Origin: Nemertoderma westbladi
Lineage: Eukaryota > Animalia > Xenacoelomorpha
NCBI GenBank assembly: GCA_032718475.1
Contig: JAUCBJ010003358.1
Location: 1-47,592, forward strand
Direction of reading: 5' to 3'
DNA: 47,592 nt
Shown: one piece after another, positions 23,562 to 39,400 of the stretch
Layout: each line of letters opens with the position of its first letter
How positions within the stretch are numbered: the first letter of the stretch is position 1
Notes under the pieces: generated by a model
What the model was told of the DNA's origin: nothing
What the model saw: only the letters and a program-made list of their open reading frames with translations
Database searches by the model: none
Program-made: the position numbers and the translations under genes

Positions 23562-23573
23562 GGCCGGTTAGCT
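23562..23573 (-). promoter_or_regulatory. Atypical primer-binding site complementary to nt 1-12 of tRNA-Ile(AAU)
   Basis: Element-sense AGCTAACCGGCC directly abuts the 5' LTR. Its complement GGCCGGTTAGCT is the 5' end of animal tRNA-Ile(AAU) as I recall it (GGCCGGTTAGCTCAGTTGG...). Confidence 0.8.
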
Positions 23574-23832
23574 TGTGTTGCGTAGATCATATATTGCATA
23601 TATTAAGTATCAGTATTATTATGATATTAGATCCGCACACCAGTATTCTGCATTACATACAACAAACAGCAGCAGTATCAAGCAGTATCGCAGTACTGCA
23701 GTACAGCAGTATCAAGCAGTATCGCAGTACTGCAGTACAGCAGTATCAACTCACTACCAGCAGACCGGTACAGTCCCGAACTGACAATACTGATTACATG
23801 AACTTAGATCCTTTGAGCTTTCACTCACTACA
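23574..23832 (-). repeat. 5' LTR (259 bp)
   Basis: Matches the 3' LTR and carries a tandem duplication of AGCAGTATCGCAGTACTGCAGTACAGCAGTATCA (34 bp). Confidence 0.97.
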
Positions 23833-24448
23833 AGTGTGTACAGTGTGATCACAATCTAATGGTTGTTTTCCATTCCAAACATAGGAAGCTGCCTTTTACT
23901 GTCATGGAAATTAATTATTTTCTAATATAATGTAAGTATAATTTAATTGTACTTAAAAATTATTCAGCTGGTGGCGGCTAAGTTGTTAAATTTATAAAAT
24001 GCAATTTTTGTAATAAAGTCGTTCAATTTTAATTTGTTTCCCATAACTGAGCCTCGTGCTGCGCGAAGGCCCCACGAACGTGTATAGTTACTGCTTACTG
24101 CTTAAAATGATACAGTACCGTTATACAGTAGCACATAAATGAATGATTATATCAGTAATAACTTCTGAATATGGATGATGGGATGAAAAGAAATACATTA
24201 AGAAAGATAATTAGCATTACCTTAACTTCATTATTAATAGATGGGCGTCTATTATGTGAGTAATTTGTTTAGTTTCGTACCTCATTACTGAGTTTATAAT
24301 TTGTCAAGGTGGTCGATGATAGAGTAGCTTAGCTTATATGTTACTTAGCTAGTTCTCGCATTGCAATTAAATTAATGTAATGTAACCTACAAGGAAACAA
24401 AATGTTGGGCAACACAATATTGAAATTGATGCATATAGAATCGTAATG

Positions 24449-27400
24449 AATGATCGATTCTGAAAGAAATGATAGATGCTGAAAGAAATGATAGATACTG
24501 AAAGAAATGATAGATACTGAAAGAAATGATAGATACTGAAAGAAATGATAGATACTGAAAGAAATGATAGATACTGAAAGAAATTATAGATACTGAAAGA
24601 AATGATAGATACTGAAAGAAATGATAGATACTGAAAGAAATGATAGATACTGAAAGAAATTATAGATACTGAAAGAAATTATAGATACTGAAAGAAATGA
24701 TAGATACTGAAAGAAATGATAGATACTGAAAGAAATGATAGATACTGAAAGAAATGATAGATACTGAAAGAAATTATAGATACTGAAAGAAATGATAGAT
24801 ACTGAAAGAAATGATAGATACTGAAAGAAATGATAGATACTGAAAGAAATTATAGATACTGAAAGAAATGATAGATACTGAAAGAAATGATAGATACTGA
24901 AAGAAATTATAGATACTGAAAGAAATTATAGATACTGAAAGAAATCATAGATACTGAAAGAAATGATAGATACTGAAAGAAATGATAGATACTGAAAGAA
25001 ATGATAGATACTGAAAGAAATGATTGATACTGAAATAAATGATAGATACTGAAAGAAATGATAGATACTGAAACAAATGATAGATACTGAAACAAATGAT
25101 AGATACTGAAACAAATGATAGATACTGAAAGAAATGATTGATACTGAAAGAAATGATAGATACTGAAACAAATGATAGATACTGAAACAAATGATAGATA
25201 CTGAAACAAATGATAGATACTGAAACAAATGATAGATACTGAAAGAAATGATTGATACTGAAAGAAATGATAGATACTGAAAGAAATGATAGATACTGAA
25301 AGAAATGATAGATACTGAAACAAATGATAGATACTGAAACAAATGATAGATACTGAAACAAATGATAGATACTGAAACAAATGATAGATACTGAAAGAAA
25401 TGATAGATACTGAAAGAAATGATAGATACTGAAAGAAATGATAGATACTGAAACAAATGATAGATACTGAAACAAATGATAGATACTGAAACAAATGATA
25501 GATACTGAAACAAATGATAGATACTGAAACAAATGATAGATACTGAAACAAATGATAGATACTGAAAGAAATGATAGATACTGAAAGAAATGATAGATAC
25601 TGAAACAAATGATAGATACTGAAACAAATGATAGATACTGAAACAAATGATAGATACTGAAAGAAATGATTGATACTGAAAGAAATGATAGATACTGAAA
25701 CAAATGATAGATACTGAAACAAATGATAGATACTGAAACAAATGATAGATACTGAAACAAATGATAGATACTGAAACAAATGATAGATACTGAAAGAAAT
25801 GATTGATACTGAAAGAAATGATAGATACTGAAACAAATGATAGATACTGAAACAAATGATAGATACTGAAACAAATGATAGATACTGAAACAAATGATAG
25901 ATACTGAAAGAAATGATAGATACTGAAACAAATGATAGATACTGAAACAAATGATAGATACTGAAACAAATGATAGATACTGAAAGAAATGATTGATACT
26001 GAAAGAAATGATAGATACTGAAACAAATGATAGATACTGAAACAAATGATAGATACTGAAACAAATGATAGATACTGAAACAAATGATAGATACTGAAAG
26101 AAATGATTGATACTGAAAGAAATGATAGATACTGAAAGAAATGATAGATACTGAAAGAAATGATAGATACTGAAACAAATGATAGATACTGAAACAAATG
26201 ATAGATACTGAAACAAATGATAGATACTGAAACAAATGATAGATACTGAAAGAAATGATAGATACTGAAAGAAATGATAGATACTGAAAGAAATGATAGA
26301 TACTGAAAGAAATGATAGATACTGAAACAAATGATAGATACTGAAACAAATGATAGATACTGAAACAAATGATAGATACTGAAACAAATGATAGATACTG
26401 AAACAAATGATAGATACTGAAACAAATGATAGATACTGAAACAAATGATAGATACTGAAACAAATGATAGATACTGAAACAAATGATAGATACTGAAACA
26501 AATGATAGATACTGAAACAAATGATAGATACTGAAACAAATGATAGATACTGAAACAAATGATAGATACTGAAACAAATGATAGATACTGAAACAAATGG
26601 TAGATACTGAAACAAATGATAGATACTGAAACAAATGATAGATACTGAAACAAATGATAGATACTGAAACAAATGATAGATACTGAAACAAATGATAGAT
26701 ACTGAAACAAATGATAGATACTGAAACAAATGATAGATACTGAAACAAATGATAGATACTGAAACAAATGATAGATACTGAAACAAATGATAGATACTGA
26801 AACAAATGTAGATACTGAAACAAATGATAGATACTGAAACAAATGATAGATACTGAAACAAATGATAGATACTGAAACAAATGATAGATACTGAAACAAA
26901 TGATAGATACTGAAACAAATGATAGATACTGAAACAAATGATAGATACTGAAACAAATGATAGATACTGAAACAAATGATAGATACTGAAACAAATGATA
27001 GATACTGAAACAAATGATAGATACTGAAACAAATGATAGATACTGAAACAAATGATAGATACTGAAACAAATGATAGATACTGAAACAAATGATAGATAC
27101 TGAAACAAATGATAGATACTGAAACAAATGATAGATACTGAAACAAATGATAGATACTGAAACAAATGATAGATACTGAAACAAATGATAGATACTGAAA
27201 CAAATGATAGATACTGAAACAAATGATAGATACTGAAACAAATGATAGATACTGAAACAAATGATAGATACTGAAACAAATGATAGATACTGAAACAAAT
27301 GATAGATACTGAAACAAATGATAGATACTGAAACAAATGATAGATACTGAAACAAATGATAGATACTGAAACAAATGATAGATACTGAAACAAATGATAG

Positions 27401-30400
27401 ATACTGAAACAAATGATAGATACTGAAACAAATGATAGATACTGAAACAAATGATAGATACTGAAACAAATGATAGATACTGAAACAAATGATAGATACT
27501 GAAACAAATGATAGATACTGAAACAAATGATAGATACTGAAACAAATGATAGATACTGAAACAAATGATAGATACTGAAACAAATGATAGATACTGAAAC
27601 AAATGATAGATACTGAAACAAATGATAGATACTGAAACAAATGATAGATACTGAAACAAATGATAGATACTGAAACAAATGATAGATACTGAAACAAATG
27701 ATAGATACTGAAACAAATGATAGATACTGAAACAAATGATAGATACTGAAACAAATGATAGATACTGAAACAAATGATAGATACTGAAACAAATGATAGA
27801 TACTGAAACAAATGATAGATACTGAAACAAATGATAGATACTGAAACAAATGATAGATACTGAAACAAATGATAGATACTGAAACAAATGATAGATACTG
27901 AAACAAATGATAGATACTGAAACAAATGGTAGATACTGAAACAAATGATAGATACTGAAACAAATGATAGATACTGAAACAAATGATAGATACTGAAACA
28001 AATGATAGATACTGAAACAAATGATAGATACTGAAACAAATGATAGATACTGAAACAAATGATAGATACTGAAACAAATGATAGATACTGAAACAAATGA
28101 TAGATACTGAAAGAAATGATAGATACTGAAAGAAATGATAGATACTGAAACAAATGATAGATACTGAAACAAATGATAGATACTGAAACAAATGATAGAT
28201 ACTGAAAGAAATGATTGATACTGAAAGAAATGATAGATACTGAAACAAATGATAGATACTGAAACAAATGATAGATACTGAAACAAATGATAGATACTGA
28301 AACAAATGATAGATACTGAAACAAATGATAGATACTGAAAGAAATGATTGATACTGAAAGAAATGATAGATACTGAAACAAATGATAGATACTGAAACAA
28401 ATGATAGATACTGAAACAAATGATAGATACTGAAACAAATGATAGATACTGAAAGAAATGATAGATACTGAAACAAATGATAGATACTGAAACAAATGAT
28501 AGATACTGAAACAAATGATAGATACTGAAAGAAATGATAGATACTGAAAGAAATGATAGATACTGAAACAAATGATAGATACTGAAACAAATGATAGATA
28601 CTGAAACAAATGATAGATACTGAAACAAATGATAGATACTGAAAGAAATGATTGATACTGAAAGAAATGATAGATACTGAAAGAAATGATAGATACTGAA
28701 AGAAATGATAGATACTGAAACAAATGATAGATACTGAAACAAATGATAGATACTGAAACAAATGATAGATACTGAAACAAATGATAGATACTGAAAGAAA
28801 TGATAGATACTGAAAGAAATGATAGATACTGAAAGAAATGATAGATACTGAAAGAAATGATAGATACTGAAACAAATGATAGATACTGAAACAAATGATA
28901 GATACTGAAACAAATGATAGATACTGAAACAAATGATAGATACTGAAACAAATGATAGATACTGAAACAAATGATAGATACTGAAACAAATGATAGATAC
29001 TGAAACAAATGATAGATACTGAAACAAATGATAGATACTGAAACAAATGATAGATACTGAAACAAATGATAGATACTGAAACAAATGATAGATACTGAAA
29101 CAAATGATAGATACTGAAACAAATGATAGATACTGAAACAAATGATAGATACTGAAACAAATGATAGATACTGAAACAAATGATAGATACTGAAACAAAT
29201 GATAGATACTGAAACAAATGATAGATACTGAAACAAATGATAGATACTGAAACAAATGATAGATACTGAAACAAATGATAGATACTGAAACAAATGATAG
29301 ATACTGAAACAAATGATAGATACTGAAACAAATGATAGATACTGAAACAAATGATAGATACTGAAACAAATGATAGATACTGAAACAAATGATAGATACT
29401 GAAACAAATGATAGATACTGAAACAAATGATAGATACTGAAACAAATGATAGATACTGAAACAAATGATAGATACTGAAACAAATGATAGATACTGAAAC
29501 AAATGATAGATACTGAAACAAATGATAGATACTGAAACAAATGATAGATACTGAAACAAATGATAGATACTGAAACAAATGATAGATACTGAAACAAATG
29601 ATAGATACTGAAAGAAATGATAGATACTGAAAGAAATGATAGATACTGAAACAAATGATAGATACTGAAACAAATGATAGATACTGAAACAAATGATAGA
29701 TACTGAAACAAATGATAGATACTGAAACAAATGATAGATACTGAAACAAATGATAGATACTGAAACAAATGATAGATACTGAAACAAATGATAGATACTG
29801 AAACAAATGATAGATACTGAAACAAATGATAGATACTGAAACAAATGATAGATACTGAAACAAATGATAGATACTGAAACAAATGATAGATACTGAAACA
29901 AATGATAGATACTGAAACAAATGATAGATACTGAAACAAATGATAGATACTGAAACAAATGATAGATACTGAAACAAATGATAGATACTGAAACAAATGA
30001 TAGATACTGAAAGAAATGATTGATACTGAAATAAATGATAGATACTGAAAGAAATTATAGATACTGAAAGAAATGATAGATACTGAAACAAATGATAGAT
30101 ACTGAAACAAATGATAGATACTGAAAGAAATGATTGATACTGAAATAAATGATAGATACTGAAAGAAATCATAGATACTGAAAGAAATTATAGATACTGA
30201 AAGAAATGATAGATACTGAAAGAAATGATAGATACTGAAACAAATGATAGATACTGAAACAAATGATAGATACTGAAACAAATGATAGATACTGAAACAA
30301 ATGATAGATACTGAAACAAATGATAGATACTGAAACAAATGATAGATACTGAAACAAATGATAGATACTGAAACAAATGATAGATACTGAAAGAAATGAT

Positions 30401-33400
30401 AGATACTGAAAGAAATGATAGATACTGAAACAAATGATAGATACTGAAACAAATGATAGATACTGAAACAAATGATAGATACTGAAACAAATGATAGATA
30501 CTGAAACAAATGATAGATACTGAAACAAATGATAGATACTGAAACAAATGATAGATACTGAAACAAATGATAGATACTGAAACAAATGATAGATACTGAA
30601 ACAAATGATAGATACTGAAACAAATGATAGATACTGAAACAAATGATAGATACTGAAACAAATGATAGATACTGAAACAAATGATAGATACTGAAACAAA
30701 TGATAGATACTGAAACAAATGATAGATACTGAAACAAATGATAGATACTGAAACAAATGATAGATACTGAAAGAAATTATAGATACTGAAAGAAATGATA
30801 GATACTGAAAGAAATGATAGATACTGAAACAAATGATAGATACTGAAACAAATGATAGATACTGAAACAAATGATAGATACTGAAACAAATGATAGATAC
30901 TGAAAGAAATTATAGATACTGAAAGAAATGATAGATACTGAAAGAAATGATTGATACTGAAATAAATGATAGATACTGAAACAAATGATAGATACTGAAA
31001 CAAATGATAGATACTGAAACAAATGATAGATACTGAAACAAATGATAGATACTGAAACAAATGATAGATACTGAAACAAATGATAGATACTGAAACAAAT
31101 GATAGATACTGAAACAAATGATAGATACTGAAACAAATGATAGATACTGAAACAAATGATAGATACTGAAACAAATGATAGATACTGAAACAAATGATAG
31201 ATACTGAAAGAAATGATTGATACTGAAATAAATGATAGATACTGAAAGAAATTATAGATACTGAAAGAAATGATAGATACTGAAACAAATGATAGATACT
31301 GAAACAAATGATAGATACTGAAAGAAATGATAGATACTGAAACAAATGATAGATACTGAAAGAAATGATAGATACTGAAAGAAATGATAGATACTGAAAG
31401 AAATGATAGATACTGAAAGAAATGATAGATACTGAAACAAATGATAGATACTGAAACAAATGATAGATACTGAAACAAATGATAGATACTGAAACAAATG
31501 ATAGATACTGAAACAAATGATAGATACTGAAACAAATGATAGATACTGAAACAAATGATAGATACTGAAACAAATGATAGATACTGAAACAAATGATAGA
31601 TACTGAAACAAATGATAGATACTGAAACAAATGATAGATACTGAAACAAATGATAGATACTGAAACAAATGATAGATACTGAAACAAATGATAGATACTG
31701 AAACAAATGATAGATACTGAAACAAATGATAGATACTGAAAGAAATGATAGATACTGAAACAAATGATAGATACTGAAACAAATGATAGATACTGAAACA
31801 AATGATAGATACTGAAACAAATGATAGATACTGAAACAAATGATAGATACTGAAACAAATGATAGATACTGAAACAAATGATAGATACTGAAACAAATGA
31901 TAGATACTGAAACAAATGATAGATACTGAAACAAATGATAGATACTGAAACAAATGATAGATACTGAAACAAATGATAGATACTGAAACAAATGATAGAT
32001 ACTGAAACAAATGATAGATACTGAAACAAATGATAGATACTGAAACAAATGATAGATACTGAAACAAATGATAGATACTGAAACAAATGATAGATACTGA
32101 AAGAAATGATTGATACTGAAATAAATGATAGATACTGAAAGAAATTATAGATACTGAAAGAAATGATAGATACTGAAACAAATGATAGATACTGAAACAA
32201 ATGATAGATACTGAAAGAAATGATAGATACTGAAACAAATGATAGATACTGAAAGAAATGATAGATACTGAAAGAAATGATAGATACTGAAAGAAATGAT
32301 AGATACTGAAAGAAATGATAGATACTGAAACAAATGATAGATACTGAAACAAATGATAGATACTGAAACAAATGATAGATACTGAAACAAATGATAGATA
32401 CTGAAACAAATGATAGATACTGAAACAAATGATAGATACTGAAACAAATGATAGATACTGAAACAAATGATAGATACTGAAACAAATGATAGATACTGAA
32501 ACAAATGATAGATACTGAAACAAATGATAGATACTGAAAGAAATGATAGATACTGAAACAAATGATAGATACTGAAACAAATGATAGATACTGAAACAAA
32601 TGATAGATACTGAAACAAATGATAGATACTGAAACAAATGATAGATACTGAAACAAATGATAGATACTGAAACAAATGATAGATACTGAAACAAATGATA
32701 GATACTGAAACAAATGATAGATACTGAAACAAATGATAGATACTGAAACAAATGATAGATACTGAAACAAATGATAGATACTGAAACAAATGATAGATAC
32801 TGAAACAAATGATAGATACTGAAACAAATGATAGATACTGAAACAAATGATAGATACTGAAACAAATGATAGATACTGAAACAAATGATAGATACTGAAA
32901 GAAATGATTGATACTGAAATAAATGATAGATACTGAAAGAAATGATAGATACTGAAAGAAATGATAGATACTGAAACAAATGATAGATACTGAAACAAAT
33001 GATAGATACTGAAAGAAATGATAGATACTGAAACAAATGATAGATACTGAAAGAAATGATAGATACTGAAAGAAATGATAGATACTGAAAGAAATGATAG
33101 ATACTGAAAGAAATGATAGATACTGAAACAAATGATAGATACTGAAACAAATGATAGATACTGAAACAAATGATAGATACTGAAACAAATGATAGATACT
33201 GAAACAAATGATAGATACTGAAACAAATGATAGATACTGAAACAAATGATAGATACTGAAACAAATGATAGATACTGAAACAAATGATAGATACTGAAAC
33301 AAATGATAGATACTGAAACAAATGATAGATACTGAAACAAATGATAGATACTGAAACAAATGATAGATACTGAAACAAATGATAGATACTGAAACAAATG

Positions 33401-36400
33401 ATAGATACTGAAACAAATGATAGATACTGAAACAAATGATAGATACTGAAACAAATGATAGATACTGAAACAAATGATAGATACTGAAACAAATGATAGA
33501 TACTGAAACAAATGATAGATACTGAAACAAATGATAGATACTGAAACAAATGATAGATACTGAAACAAATGATAGATACTGAAACAAATGATAGATACTG
33601 AAACAAATGATAGATACTGAAACAAATGATAGATACTGAAACAAATGATAGATACTGAAACAAATGATAGATACTGAAACAAATGATAGATACTGAAACA
33701 AATGATAGATACTGAAACAAATGATAGATACTGAAACAAATGATAGATACTGAAACAAATGATAGATACTGAAACAAATGATAGATACTGAAACAAATGA
33801 TAGATACTGAAACAAATGATAGATACTGAAACAAATGATAGATACTGAAACAAATGATAGATACTGAAAGAAATGATTGATACTGAAATAAATGATAGAT
33901 ACTGAAAGAAATTATAGATACTGAAAGAAATGATAGATACTGAAACAAATGATAGATACTGAAACAAATGATAGATACTGAAAGAAATGATTGATACTGA
34001 AATAAATGATAGATACTGAAAGAAATTATAGATACTGAAAGAAATGATAGATACTGAAAGAAATGATAGATACTGAAACAAATGATAGATACTGAAACAA
34101 ATGATAGATACTGAAAGAAATGATAGATACTGAAAGAAATGATAGATACTGAAACAAATGATAGATACTGAAACAAATGATAGATACTGAAACAAATGAT
34201 AGATACTGAAACAAATGATAGATACTGAAAGAAATGATAGATACTGAAACAAATGATAGATACTGAAACAAATGATAGATACTGAAACAAATGATAGATA
34301 CTGAAACAAATGATAGATACTGAAACAAATGATAGATACTGAAACAAATGATAGATACTGAAAGAAATGATTGATACTGAAACAAATGATAGATACTGAA
34401 ACAAATGATAGATACTGAAAGAAATGATTGATACTGAAAGAAATGATAGATACTGAAACAAATGATAGATACTGAAACAAATGATAGATACTGAAACAAA
34501 TGATAGATACTGAAACAAATGATAGATACTGAAACAAATGATAGATACTGAAACAAATGATAGATACTGAAACAAATGATAGATACTGAAACAAATGATA
34601 GATACTGAAAGAAATGATTGATACTGAAAGAAATGATAGATACTGAAACAAATGATAGATACTGAAACAAATGATAGATACTGAAACAAATGATAGATAC
34701 TGAAACAAATGATAGATACTGAAAGAAATGATTGATACTGAAAGAAATGATAGATACTGAAAGAAATGATAGATACTGAAAGAAATGATAGATACTGAAA
34801 GAAATGATAGATACTGAAACAAATGATAGATACTGAAACAAATGATAGATACTGAAACAAATGATAGATACTGAAAGAAATGATAGATACTGAAAGAAAT
34901 GATAGATACTGAAAGAAATGATAGATACTGAAACAAATGATAGATACTGAAACAAATGATAGATACTGAAACAAATGATAGATACTGAAACAAATGATAG
35001 ATACTGAAACAAATGATAGATACTGAAACAAATGATAGATACTGAAACAAATGATAGATACTGAAACAAATGATAGATACTGAAACAAATGATAGATACT
35101 GAAACAAATGATAGATACTGAAACAAATGATAGATACTGAAACAAATGATAGATACTGAAACAAATGATAGATACTGAAACAAATGATAGATACTGAAAC
35201 AAATGATAGATACTGAAACAAATGATAGATACTGAAACAAATGATAGATACTGAAACAAATGATAGATACTGAAACAAATGATAGATACTGAAACAAATG
35301 ATAGATACTGAAACAAATGATAGATACTGAAACAAATGATAGATACTGAAACAAATGATAGATACTGAAACAAATGATAGATACTGAAACAAATGATAGA
35401 TACTGAAACAAATGATAGATACTGAAACAAATGATAGATACTGAAACAAATGATAGATACTGAAACAAATGATAGATACTGAAACAAATGATAGATACTG
35501 AAACAAATGATAGATACTGAAACAAATGATAGATACTGAAACAAATGATAGATACTGAAACAAATGATAGATACTGAAACAAATGATAGATACTGAAACA
35601 AATGATAGATACTGAAACAAATGATAGATACTGAAACAAATGATAGATACTGAAACAAATGATAGATACTGAAACAAATGATAGATACTGAAAGAAATGA
35701 TAGATACTGAAAGAAATGATAGATACTGAAACAAATGATAGATACTGAAACAAATGATAGATACTGAAACAAATGATAGATACTGAAACAAATGATAGAT
35801 ACTGAAACAAATGATAGATACTGAAACAAATGATAGATACTGAAACAAATGATAGATACTGAAACAAATGATAGATACTGAAACAAATGATAGATACTGA
35901 AACAAATGATAGATACTGAAACAAATGATAGATACTGAAACAAATGATAGATACTGAAACAAATGATAGATACTGAAACAAATGATAGATACTGAAACAA
36001 ATGATAGATACTGAAACAAATGATAGATACTGAAACAAATGATAGATACTGAAACAAATGATAGATACTGAAACAAATGATAGATACTGAAAGAAATGAT
36101 TGATACTGAAATAAATGATAGATACTGAAAGAAATTATAGATACTGAAAGAAATGATAGATACTGAAACAAATGATAGATACTGAAACAAATGATAGATA
36201 CTGAAAGAAATGATTGATACTGAAATAAATGATAGATACTGAAACAAATGATAGATACTGAAAGAAATGATAGATACTGAAAGAAATGATAGATACTGAA
36301 ACAAATGATAGATACTGAAACAAATGATAGATACTGAAACAAATGATACATACTGAAACAAATGATAGATACTGAAACAAATGATAGATACTGAAACAAA

Positions 36401-39400
36401 TGATAGATACTGAAACAAATGATAGATACTGAAACAAATGATAGATACTGAAACAAATGATAGATACTGAAACAAATGATAGATACTGAAACAAATGATA
36501 GATACTGAAACAAATGATAGATACTGAAACAAATGATAGATACTGAAACAAATGATAGATACTGAAACAAATGATAGATACTGAAACAAATGATAGATAC
36601 TGAAACAAATGATAGATACTGAAACAAATGATAGATACTGAAACAAATGATAGATACTGAAAGAAATGATTGATACTGAAATAAATGATAGATACTGAAA
36701 GAAATTATAGATACTGAAAGAAATGATAGATACTGAAACAAATGATAGATACTGAAACAAATGATAGATACTGAAAGAAATGATAGATACTGAAACAAAT
36801 GATAGATACTGAAAGAAATGATAGATACTGAAAGAAATGATAGATACTGAAAGAAATGATAGATACTGAAAGAAATGATAGATACTGAAACAAATGATAG
36901 ATACTGAAACAAATGATAGATACTGAAACAAATGATAGATACTGAAACAAATGATAGATACTGAAACAAATGATAGATACTGAAACAAATGATAGATACT
37001 GAAACAAATGATAGATACTGAAACAAATGATAGATACTGAAACAAATGATAGATACTGAAACAAATGATAGATACTGAAACAAATGATAGATACTGAAAC
37101 AAATGATAGATACTGAAACAAATGATAGATACTGAAACAAATGATAGATACTGAAACAAATGGTAGATACTGAAACAAATGATAGATACTGAAACAAATG
37201 ATAGATACTGAAACAAATGATAGATACTGAAACAAATGATAGATACTGAAACAAATGATAGATACTGAAACAAATGATAGATACTGAAACAAATGATAGA
37301 TACTGAAACAAATGATAGATACTGAAACAAATGATAGATACTGAAACAAATGATAGATACTGAAACAAATGGTAGATACTGAAACAAATGATAGATACTG
37401 AAACAAATGATAGATACTGAAACAAATGATAGATACTGAAACAAATGATAGATACTGAAACAAATGATAGATACTGAAACAAATGATAGATACTGAAACA
37501 AATGATAGATACTGAAACAAATGATAGATACTGAAACAAATGATAGATACTGAAACAAATGATAGATACTGAAACAAATGATAGATACTGAAACAAATGA
37601 TAGATACTGAAACAAATGATAGATACTGAAAGAAATGATAGATACTGAAAGAAATGATAGATACTGAAACAAATGATAGATACTGAAACAAATGATAGAT
37701 ACTGAAACAAATGATAGATACTGAAACAAATGATAGATACTGAAACAAATGATAGATACTGAAACAAATGATAGATACTGAAACAAATGATAGATACTGA
37801 AACAAATGATAGATACTGAAACAAATGATAGATACTGAAACAAATGATAGATACTGAAACAAATGATAGATACTGAAACAAATGATAGATACTGAAACAA
37901 ATGATAGATACTGAAACAAATGATAGATACTGAAACAAATGATAGATACTGAAACAAATGATAGATACTGAAACAAATGATAGATACTGAAACAAATGAT
38001 AGATACTGAAACAAATGATAGATACTGAAAGAAATGATTGATACTGAAATAAATGATAGATACTGAAAGAAATTATAGATACTGAAAGAAATGATAGATA
38101 CTGAAACAAATGATAGATACTGAAACAAATGATAGATACTGAAAGAAATGATTGATACTGAAATAAATGATAGATACTGAAAGAAATTATAGATACTGAA
38201 AGAAATGATAGATACTGAAACAAATGATAGATACTGAAACAAATGATAGATACTGAAAGAAATGATAGATACTGAAAGAAATGATAGATACTGAAACAAA
38301 TGATAGATACTGAAACAAATGATAGATACTGAAACAAATGATAGATACTGAAACAAATGATAGATACTGAAAGAAATGATAGATACTGAAACAAATGATA
38401 GATACTGAAACAAATGATAGATACTGAAACAAATGATAGATACTGAAACAAATGATAGATACTGAAACAAATGATAGATACTGAAACAAATGATAGATAC
38501 TGAAAGAAATGATTGATACTGAAACAAATGATAGATACTGAAAGAAATGATAGATACTGAAACAAATGATAGATACTGAAACAAATGATAGATACTGAAA
38601 CAAATGATAGATACTGAAAGAAATGATAGATACTGAAAGAAATGATAGATACTGAAACAAATGATAGATACTGAAAGAAATGATAGATACTGAAACAAAT
38701 GATAGATACTGAAACAAATGATAGATACTGAAACAAATGATAGATACTGAAAGAAATGATAGATACTGAAAGAAATGATAGATACTGAAACAAATGATAG
38801 ATACTGAAAGAAATGATAGATACTGAAACAAATGATAGATACTGAAACAAATGATAGATACTGAAAGAAATGATAGATACTGAAACAAATGATAGATACT
38901 GAAACAAATGATAGATACTGAAACAAATGATAGATACTGAAACAAATGATAGATACTGAAACAAATGATAGATACTGAAACAAATGATAGATACTGAAAG
39001 AAATGATTGATACTGAAATAAATGATAGATACTGAAAGAAATTATAGATACTGAAAGAAATGATAGATACTGAAAGAAATTATAGATACTGAAAGAAATT
39101 ATAGATACTGAAAGAAATGATAGATACTGAAATAAATGATAGATACTGAAAGAAATGATAGATACTGAAAGAAATGATAGATACTGAAAGAAATTATAGA
39201 TACTGAAAGAAATCATAGATACTGAAAGAAATGATAGATACTGAAAGAAATGATAGATACTGAAAGAAATGATAGATACTGAAAGAAATGATTGATACTG
39301 AAATAAATGATAGATACTGAAAGAAATGATAGATACTGAAAGAAATGATAGATACTGAAAGAAATGATAGATACTGAAAGAAATGATAGATACTGAAAGA

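Larger units (their letters stand above)
19229..23832 (-). mobile_element. Full-length LTR retrotransposon (4604 bp; gag, PR-RT-RH-IN order), divergent lineage, coding region disrupted
   Basis: Two TG...CA LTRs, 5-bp TSD AGTGT at 19224-19228 and 23833-23837, PPT, and gag and pol motifs. Confidence 0.97.
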
